Below, piece by piece: positions 41,821 through 52,089 of a DNA stretch of 64,000 nt. The position numbers were made by a program, and so were the translations under genes. Position 1 is the first letter of the stretch. Each line of letters starts with the position of its first letter. The stretch is from assembly GCF_009914755.1 (NCBI RefSeq), contig NC_060929.1, one strand, 5' to 3'. The notes under the pieces were generated by a model. It was not told the DNA's origin. It ran no database searches and saw only the letters and a list, made by a program, of their open reading frames with translations. Source of the DNA: the human T2T-CHM13v2.0 reference genome, Homo sapiens.

Positions 41821-43937
41821 GATGTAAACAAATGATGACAAAACTGCTTTCCTAAACTTTGACCTCAAAGTTAAGAGTGCTAAGTTCTTGAAGGGCTGCA
41901 AAGTGAAGTAGTTTGAGGCTGGCGGTTTGTTTTGACTCTTCCAATATTTGTTCTCAGGGTTACTTTGCTGGGACACCTTTAAACTGAAGGGACTCCATAT
42001 ATATATTTAGATTTCCATTTTACCTTTAAAAATTAGGCAGGTCTGGTCCCCAATACTGTATGGCACCAACCCATGCGCTGGCCACTCAGTGCCAGGAGTC
42101 CCTTTTAAGGCAGACACGTGTGCTCCAGTTTGCCCCTCCCTCTCCATCCCTCCCTGAGACGGACAGGCAGCTGCGAGTTACTGCCACCACGTTAGATGGC
42201 CAGTCTTAAACTCGGTCCACTCGTGTGTTTTGCATCTCAGCTCCCACTCTGGCCTCTATAGCCTGGACTCAACCACCCCTCTTTGTTACCTGGAGACATT
42301 CATACTGCAGGATGAGCGCTGAAATCCGTGCACCGCTAGAGGAACTGGGAAACACTAGTCATTTTAAAGAATGTTGTTTCTTTCTTCACAATGAAGAGAG
42401 ACTCATTTAGCACTGCTCTGGTCTTACTGTTCTTAAGCATACCGTAAGAGTGAATCCTTTTATATCAGCCATTCTTCTTTTTTTCCATCTGTTTGAACTT
42501 ACAGAAGAGGGCCCCTAGGTATCTCCATGTGATAGACTCGAAAAAATCTCACTCCCTTTCATGTTACACCGGACACAATTAGAAGTACGTAGAGATCCCC
42601 ATTTATCAAGCGTGCAATGTACTCAGGACAAGGGAAATTCTGCCGGCAGATTCTGGAGACTTCCAGGCACTGCCGAACCCCCCCTTCAAGGTAAGTGTAA
42701 GCTCCCTGAGGTGTGAGCTGAGGCAGACGCTTGTTAGGCATTGGCAGAGAGGAAGGGTGGCAGGTGTTTTAAGGTCCCTCCCAATGCCAGGCTTTATGTA
42801 AAAAATATTTGCACTTTGAGGAATGGTTTCAAATAAATGAATAAGAGAGGGAGTGTGTGTTGCTATGGAATGAGGATGCCCATACACAGCCAGGCGGTTC
42901 TACTGCCCCTACCTGGGGTCTGGGGCTTCAGGACAGCCCTAGCAGGGCGCCTGCTGGGAGCTCTCCCTGGGTACCCACAGACTTGCGACAGGCTGGGCAA
43001 AGAAAGCCAGAGCCCAAGACACCATTTCCCCCATTCATCCCCCTCTCCAAAGTGTGCAAAAGAGGCAACGTCAAGCTAAGCTGGCTGTGAAGGACACTGG
43101 AACCAAACAAAGGGCAGCTGAAGGCCCAGGATCCACATAAGGTGTGTGATGGGAAAGCAGCCACGGATGGGGAGCGCCACACACACACACGTGTGCAAAC
43201 ATGCACTCCCACGCGCGCAGTCCTACTGAGAGGTGACAGCGTGCTGGCAGTCCTCAGAGCCCTCGCTTGCTCTGGGCACCTCCCCTGCCTGGGCTCCCAC
43301 TTTGGCGGCATTTGAGGAGCCCTTCAGCTCCCCACTGCACTGTGGGAGCCCCTTTCTGGGCTGGCCAAGGCTGGAGCCCACTCCCTCAGCTTGCAGGGAG
43401 GTGTGGAGGGAGAGGCACGAGCGGGAACAGCGGGAACCGGGGCTGCGTGCAGCGCTTGCGGGCCAGCTGGAGTTCCGGGTGGGCGTGGGCTTGGCGGGCC
43501 CCGCACTCAGAGCAGCCGGCCAGCCCTGCTGGCCCCGGGCAATGAGGGACTTAGCACCTGGGCCAGTGGCTGCGGAGGGTGTACTGGGTCCCCCAGCAGT
43601 GCCGGCCCACCGGGGCTGTGCTCGATTTCTTGCCGAGCCTTAGCTGCCTTCCTGCGGGGCAGGGCTCGGGACCTGCAGCCCGCCATGCCTGAGCCTCCCA
43701 CCCACTCCATGGGCTCCTGTGCGGCCCGAGCCTCCCCAAGGAGCGCCACCCCCTGCTCCACAGCGCCCAGTCCCATGGACCACCCAAGGGCTGAGGAATG
43801 CGAGCGCACGGCGCAGGACTGGCAGGCAGCTCCACCTGCGCCCCGGTGCGGGGATCCACTAGGTGAAGCCAGCTGGGATCCTGAGTCTGGTGGGGATGTG
43901 GAGAGTCTTTATGTCTAGCTCAGGGATTGTAAATACA

Positions 43938-44600
<663 letters not shown>

Positions 44601-46101
44601 TACTGCTCACTCTTTGGGTCCACTCTGCTTTCATGAGCTGTAACACTCACCGTGAAGATCTGCAGCTTCACTCCTGAGCCCAGCGAGACCACGAGCCCAC
44701 CGGGAAGAACGAACAACTCCAGACGCTCTGCCTTAAGAGCTGTAACACTCACCGCCTAGGTCTGCAGCTTCAATCCTGAGCCAGCGAGACCACGAACCCA
44801 CCAGAAGGAAGAAACTCCGAACACATCTGAACATCAGAAGTAACAAACTCCAGACGCACCACCTTAAGAGCTGTACCCACTCACCGCGAGGGTATGCGGC
44901 TTCATTCTTGAAGTCAGTGAGACCAAGAACCCACCAATTCCAGACACACTATGGGCTCACAGCGTGTACTCGCGCACACGCAGTCAGGTGTGGATGTACA
45001 CCCGCGCACACCCAGGCACATGTACACCCGCGCGCTCACACACCCCATCCAGCTACAGCAGAATTCTGGCGAGGCTGTTGACCGCACACCTGCTGCCTCC
45101 TTGGCCACCCTGTCCACACAGTAGCCCGATCGACCCCCGTGGCGGCCGAGACCCAGGCCCATCCGCAGCCCTGAGACCTCCCTAGGGATTGCACCCAGCA
45201 GCCAGTCACCGGCCTCCGCGGCCTGGCCAGTTGAGGGTGGCCGTGACCGCGGGGCCAGGAGCGCCGCCACATCTCGGGGCAAATGGCGCGGGGGAAGAGT
45301 TTCCTCCTCAGCCTCCCGGTCTCCGATCGCTCCGCAAACTCCAGAGCGAGGCACGCGCCTTTAAAGGCAGGTCCGCGGCTCTCCCACGTCCTGGCGCCCG
45401 GTTTTCCGCACCCAGTGTCCCCACAGCTGTGCCCGGGCACAGAGGCGCGGCCAGACCGCACTCCGCGGGCTGCAGGTGTCCCGGCCTCTGGCGGCGCCGG
45501 TGCGGCCCGGAGGTGGGAGCCCGCGGAGCCACTGCAGTAGCTGGAGTCCCGCCGAGTCCCCAGCCCCAAGGCAGGGCAGGAGCGCGCACCGGCCGGAGGT
45601 CCATGCTGAGCATCGCCCGCGCCGGTGCCCGGCAGCCTCTCCAACTGTGTGGTCCCCGCGCTGGCAGAGAGGCACGGACTGCAGGCCGTGGGCAGCTCCA
45701 TCTTCCCGCGTCCTCCTCCTCTGGCGCTGCCCGCTGTCTCCCGCCTTCCCTCTGCTCCCCGCTCGCCTCCGCCTCAGCGCCCCGCTGACCTCGCCTCCTC
45801 CCCTCTGCTCTTTGTCCCTGCACTCTCCCCTCCTCGGTCCTCTGACCCCCCCGCCCTCACCTCCTCCCCTCCTCTCTCCCCTGCCCGCCCCGCGCTCTCC
45901 CACCGCTCCCGCCGCCCCCGCCGCCGCGGCTGCCACTCCGCCCCCCGCGCCGCACGGAGCTTCAGTAATAACCCCGGCGCGGCGGCGGAGTCGCTGTGGG
46001 GAATCCTCCCGCGCTCTGCCTGGGTCGGGTCCTCCCTGCCCGCTCGCACGCTGCCGGCCGGGGACCCTCCGGTGGCCCCTAGCCCCTCGGAGCGCTCCTG
46101 G

Positions 46102-46173
46102 ATGAAGCCCCGCGCGCGCGGATGGCGGGGCTTGGCGGCGCTGTGGATGCTGTTGGCGCAGGTGGCCGAGCAG
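46102..46173 (+). CDS. ADAMTS16: ADAMTS16 coding exon 1 (aa 1-24, signal peptide)
   Basis: MKPRARGWRGLAALWMLLAQVAEQ; donor CAG|GTGAGT, phase 0. Confidence 0.96.
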
Positions 46174-46297
46174 GTGAGTCCCGGGCGCTCCCACCAGCGC
46201 GGAAACCGCGGGTCCGGACAGCTGGAGGCGAGTCCCCCGCGGCTCCTCTCCCGCGGACCCCGCCGTCTCACCGCGATGTCGCCGCTGTTTTCCGCAG

Positions 46298-46400
46298 GCA
46301 CCTGCGTGCGCCATGGGACCCGCAGCGGCAGCGCCTGGGAGCCCGAGCGTCCCGCGTCCTCCTCCACCCGCGGAGCGGCCGGGCTGGATGGAAAAGGGCG
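46298..46400 (+). CDS. ADAMTS16: ADAMTS16 coding exon 2 (103 nt, start of pro-domain)
   Basis: Acceptor ttttccgcag|; APACAMGPAAAAPGSPSVPRPPPPAERPGWMEKG; donor GCG|GTAAGT, phase 1. Confidence 0.95.
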
Positions 46401-47484
46401 GTAAGTCCGTGAGGTGGGGGCTTCTAATCCTTGCCATTTAGCAGCTCGTAATCTCCGTGCCGCTGGTTTATTAGGTGCTGTGAATGTTCACGACTCTGTG
46501 GAACCCTACTTTTAAGATGCTGTTGTGAACTTTTTTTTTTTTTAACTGTATGAGCGAGCCCCGATGAGTGGATTTCCACCAATATTTACATTTTATTCCC
46601 TGGCAAAACGGTTTGCCAGAGTTATTGATATAACATTAGGAAAAAGGTGAGGAAGTTCATTTTATTTTATTCTAAAGAGCTTAGGAAGAATCTAAAGCTA
46701 TTAATGTATGCATCAAAGCCGTCATAAAGAGCAAATTACTTTCTTTTCCGTCCCCTCCTACATCCTCGGATCCTCCTTCCCGTCCCCAACCTTTCCTCCT
46801 TCTCCTCCTTTATAAATTAAAATATTCCTCTATCGTTGCTTATTCTTAGTGAAGGAGATAAAAGAAGCGCTTAGCATCTCAATACCAAAGTTAATGCTCC
46901 AACAATCAGGGCGTACTTCAAACATAATAGTGCCTGAAATGGCTAATCAGCTGATTGTGACACCATCAGCAACGTTCATATCCTGGGCCACAATTTGACA
47001 TGAGGACAAGTCTTATTCTTTTTCAATGCATGCTTTTACTTCTGCCACTTACAAGTGACATTTGGAAATTTGCTGTCTTATGGAAAGGGATCTCCGTGTC
47101 TTCATACTGCATCAGGTAAATGAGAACGCAGGTGTGTCGCACTGGTTGCTAGGTGGTTTTTTAACCTGAACCCATCCAATGACAGTTAATAAATATTATT
47201 TTGCATTGTTACCAACAATAAATTGCCGTATCAAATGTTAATATTAATTGACTTTTATAGGAAGAACTAGGTTTCATTCTCTCAATGTATTTCCAGAAGA
47301 TCTAGAAAATTAAAGTTAACAATTCAGAATTTCTCAGTATAGTTATTTCAATTTGATAAAATAACATAAAGGCAAGCACTTAATATATGCATTAACTTTT
47401 GAAATTATTCCCTGCCAAATGAGTATACAAATAGTATATAAGGTGACCGGTATCAGATTGACGCTCACCATAGTACCTTTTTGA

Positions 47485-47503
47485 GAACCACCAGGGGGCG
47501 CTA
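47485..47503 (+). promoter_or_regulatory. CTCF motif
   Basis: CCACCAGGGGGCGCTA, core match to the CTCF consensus. Confidence 0.85.
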
Positions 47504-48384
47504 GGTGCAAATGATATAAAATGTTAAAAAAATTGTCACAGTGAATTTACAAGAGAAAGTTAATTATCTGTCCATTTACAGACTATCCTCTTGTGGTTGT
47601 CCTTGTCCTTTTTAGGGTTTTGCTTACAATACTAAAAGTTAATTCTTACAATTTTAAAGGTTAATTCTAATTCACCTTTTTAAGTAAGATTTTTGTAAAA
47701 AAAAAAAAAAAAATTCTAGTTCCCTAAAATCATGAAAATTCCAGAGGGACTCAGGAGATTTCCACAATAGTTTATGGCATTTATGAAGTTTTATTTAAGA
47801 TAAAACACATTATAGACACAGAAGAAAGAAGAAGAAAAGCCAGGGCTTCGTGCCTAAGTGTGCTTTTCTCCTGAAGTGATTCAATCTGCTTCAGCATCCT
47901 CTCTGGGAGTGGGGTGCCAGTGTGCTGCTCTGAACACCTGGCATCACAGTTGTTGTCACAACGTATCGTCTCCATGACAACCACTTATCTGGCTTGGTAA
48001 GAACCTGAAGGGGAAGAGGCAAACCCTTCTTAGTGAAGTTCTAGCCCAGTGGACACAGCACACACCCTCCTCCCCTACCTTCTATGCACTTTAGCTCCTT
48101 AATTATAAATGGCTAATGTGTGAGTCTGGACATCCACAACAAGCTTTTATGCCACCAGAGAAAAGATCCTCCTCAACAGTGTTGCCTGTTTCCCTCTGAC
48201 CTGGAGCAGAAGAGCTAGAAGACACTTGGTGACTGCTGGGGTCAACTTACTGTTGCCTGTCTAGGTATCCATTAGACAAGTTGGTTCCGAAATAACTAAT
48301 AGTAGCCATACATTTTGTTTAAAGTAGCGCATGACTCAAACTATTATTGCAAATCATTCTTGGTGGCTGAAGTAATTACAAAAT

Positions 48385-49770
48385 AGCAAAGAGAACAAAG
48401 CTGGAGGTGTCACACACTACCTACCTGACTTCAAACTATGCTACAAGGCTACAGTAACCAAAAAAGCATGGTACTGGTACCAAAACAGATATATAGATCA
48501 ATAGAACAGAACAGAGACCTCAGAAATAACACCACGCATCTACAACCACCTGATCTTTGGCACATCTGACAAAAACAAGCAATGGGGAAAGGATTCCCTA
48601 TTTAATAAATGGTGCTGGGAAAGCTGGCTAGCCATATGAAGAAAACCGAAACTGGACCCTTCCTTACACCTTATACAGAATCTAACTCAAGGTGGATTAA
48701 CTATTTAAATGTTAAAACCTAAAACCAAAAGCAATTGCAACAAAGCCAAAACTGACAAATAAGATCTAATTAAACTAAAGAGCTTCTGCACAGCAAAAGA
48801 AACTATCATCAGAGTGAACAGGCAACCTAGAGAATGAGAGAAAATTGTTGTAATCTATCCATCTGACAATGGGCTAATATCCAGAATCTACAAGAAACTT
48901 AAACAAATTTAGAAGAAAAAAACAAACAACCCCATCAAAAAATGGGTGAAGTATATGAACAGACAATTTTCAAAAGAAGACATTTATGCGGCCAACAAAC
49001 ATATGAAAAAAAGCTCATCATCATTGGTCATTAGAGAAATGCAAATCAAAACAACAACGAGATACCATCTCACGCCATTTAGAATGGCAATCTTTAAAAA
49101 GTCAGAAAACAACAGATTCTGGAGAGGATGTGGAGAAATAGGAACACTTTTACACAGTTGGTGGGAGTGTAAATTAGTTCAACCATTGTGGAAGACAGTG
49201 TGGCGATTCCTCAAGGATCTAGAACAAGAAATACCATTTGACCCAGCAATCCCATTACTGGGTATATACCCAGAGAATTATAAATCATGCTACTATTAAG
49301 ACACATGCACACATATGTTTAGTGAAGCACTATTCACAATAGCAAAGACTTGGAACCAACCCAAATGCCCGTCAATGAGAGACTGGATAAAGAAAATGTG
49401 GCACATATACACCATGGAATTCTATGCAGCCATAAAAAAAGAATGAGTTCATGTCATTTGCAGGGACATGGATGAAGCTGGAAACCATCGTTCTCAGCAA
49501 ACTAACACAGGAACAGAAAACCAAACACTGCATGTTCTCACTCGTAAGTGGGAGTTGAACACTGAGAACATATGGGCACAGGGAAAGGAACATCACACAC
49601 CGGGCTTGTTGGGGGGTGAGGGGCAAGGGGAGGGATAGCATTAGAAATACCTAATGTAGATGGCAAGTTGATGGGTGCAGCAAACCACCATGATACATGT
49701 ATACCTATGTAACAAACCTGTACGTTCTACACATGTATCCCAGAACTTAAATTATAACAAAAAAAAAAAT
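48385..49770 (+). mobile_element. 5'-truncated L1PA (L1PA7-like) in intron 2, sense to the gene
   Basis: ORF 48946-49299 is the ORF2p C-terminal region; L1PA 3'UTR and poly(A); internal deletion near 48726. Confidence 0.95.
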
Positions 49771-50869
49771 CAATGGTCACATGCTCACTAGTGAACATAA
49801 TAACAATGCAGAGAATATAAAATAGAATTGTGCTAGTTTCTCTTCCTACCCCCCTCTGCCTTTACTATTTGCCTTCTGCATTTTGTCCAGATAATCTACA
49901 AGAATTTACTTATTGCCCTGTGTTCCTTACAGGCTACACTTTTTTTCCTTTAAAAGGTCACTTTGGCTTCAGAGCTTACAACGTATTTTGAAAGCTCATT
50001 ATATGATCAACTTTGCCTCATGTGGTGAAATAATATTTTAGATTTCATTCTTTTAGAGTATATTTTTACAAGCTTTAAGGTATTCCTTTCTATAGCTTTA
50101 TGGTAATTTAGTTACCAATTATCCGTTGTTGATTATTGTTTAAAATTTTACCTCATTACAAATAATACTTCCATGAAAATATTTACATAAACTTTTTAAA
50201 ATTCGTCTGGGATTATTTCCTCAGGGTGATTTCCCAGGTCAAAGTATTTTGCAACTCATTGCCAAAGCCGACTTTAGGAGGGTAGTGTCATTTTTATTTC
50301 CTGATATCAGCAGCGTTTGAAAGAGGTGGCCGGTGGTGGACTGATTTTTTGTTAATGCGATTGATTTCTATTTAGAAGGCTATACATCTCCTGCCACCTG
50401 TCCCACCCTTCTGTCTCTGTTTTCTGGATTCTCCTTCCCTGCTATCCTCTTAGGGTGCTCGTGAACATTCCTCTGCTCTTAGAGAGTTACAGGCTCTGTC
50501 TTTGAGTCTGGAGCAAGCTGCAGTCAGGTGCCATCTAAGCAGCCAACTGTGGAAAGAGTGGGAAGGGTGGAGCCCGTGGGAGATGCTCCTGTTGGGTGGG
50601 CGAGGCATGGAGCTCTGTCCGTCTCCCCCAGCCTTTTGGAATTGAGCTCTCCGAAAACAACTGGGGCCTCACGGGAGCCTTGCAGGGCTTCTTGGAGTTC
50701 AGTTTGCCTGAACGCGGAGATTATGAGCCTACCACTTATATATATGAGTTTTTAGATAGGACAAACTTTTCCTCTTGCAAGATTATTGTGTTTGAAGTCT
50801 TTCAAATACGTCTTTCCCATTTATGGAAAAAATACTGTATTAATAAAGACACCAAATCACTGTGAGAAT

Positions 50870-51193
50870 AATTAAAATACATACATTTACAGTGAAATTA
50901 ATTATATTAAAAACATTGCAATACTCAAAGCTCATCATTTCATAATTATTTCACTATATTTGATAATAATCTAGGCTCTTGAGGCCACTGGCCTCTTTTG
51001 CATCTGTATGGTAGAAATATCACACACTGGGGGCTGCTGCGTATCTCTGTGCACTGAATATTCAGTGATGGCACAGCAGTCATTGAAATCAGCCATGAGG
51101 GGAAGATTTACACCAGGGAAATTGGCAAATGCCAAAATCCAGGTCGTTCTTCTCCAGACAGCGGGTTGTTGAATGTTTATTACCACAGCATTG
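50870..51193. mobile_element. MER63-like hAT DNA transposon
   Basis: ttgaaatcagccatg...atttacacca.ggaaattggcaaatg...ggttgttgaatgttta. Confidence 0.65.
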
Positions 51194-51763
51194 TGTTTAT
51201 GTAAACATGGCTTACCAGTAGTTATTTTGCATGATAAATATTATATGTGCCCCCAATAAAGGACGAATATTTTCTCTCTTCAAAATAAAGGTCATAAGAA
51301 TATGACTTATTTCATCTGAGAATAATTTGATTTCTTAAAGAGTAATCACCTTTTTATACACAATAAAATGTGCTAACCTTCCACTGTTTGGAACAAGCCA
51401 TCCTGCTTTCTGTCATCCTTCCCCTGACTCAGCTACAGTGGTAGGAGCTGGTGGGAGGTGAGGAGCATGCCCCTGAGTGGCTGGGAGGGCAGATGACAGC
51501 TGTTAACATCACCGCATCACTGTTGGAGAATTTCCTGGCTTGGTAATAGCACATTATGGGGCCCTTGTTACAATTTTTTTCTTTAAACTGTGATGTTCCA
51601 TATTGCACACTTTGAATTCAGTATGGGTAGGTGTTGCATTTTTCTTCATCATTTTTGACTGGGTGGAAAGGTCATGTGGTAAAATAATATTATATCTTAA
51701 GACTTCCTGATTCTTCTCGGAATTCCGAAATGACTCAGCCTCTCCTCACTCTTTTGATTTCAG

Positions 51764-52089
51764 AATATGACCTGGTCTCTGCCTACGAGGTTGACCACAG
51801 GGGCGATTACGTGTCCCATGAAATCATGCACCATCAGCGGCGGAGAAGAGCAGTGGCCGTGTCCGAGGTTGAGTCTCTTCACCTTCGGCTGAAAGGCCCC
51901 AGGCACGACTTCCACATGGATCTGAGGACTTCCAGCAGCCTAGTGGCTCCTGGCTTTATTGTGCAGACGTTGGGAAAGACAGGCACTAAGTCTGTGCAGA
52001 CTTTACCGCCAGAGGACTTCTGTTTCTATCAAGGCTCTTTGCGATCACACAGAAACTCCTCAGTGGCCCTTTCAACCTGCCAAGGCTTG
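51764..52089 (+). CDS. ADAMTS16: ADAMTS16 coding exon 3 (326 nt, reprolysin pro-peptide; RRRR furin-type site at 51838-51849)
   Basis: Acceptor ttttgatttcag|; EYDLVSAYEVDHRGD...CFYQGSL...VALSTCQGL; donor TTG|GTGAGT; 72+103+326=501 nt keeps frame. Confidence 0.97.

Larger units (their letters stand above)
44960..46470. promoter_or_regulatory. ADAMTS16: CpG-island promoter of ADAMTS16; GC boxes; Inr-like TTCAGT (A at 45964) as probable TSS
   Basis: Very GC- and CpG-rich; CCGCCC boxes at ~45850-45920; BBCABW initiator 138 nt upstream of the ATG. Confidence 0.88.

Noticed and set aside
43233-43918. ORFs of 92-175 aa
   Set aside because: They lie in the GC-rich LTR12C U3 and resemble no protein.
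45036-46437. Long overlapping ORFs on both strands (358, 259, 221, 209, 199, 197 aa)
   Set aside because: Stop-poor CpG-island sequence with low-complexity G/A/R/P translations; only the spliced ADAMTS16 exons are supported.
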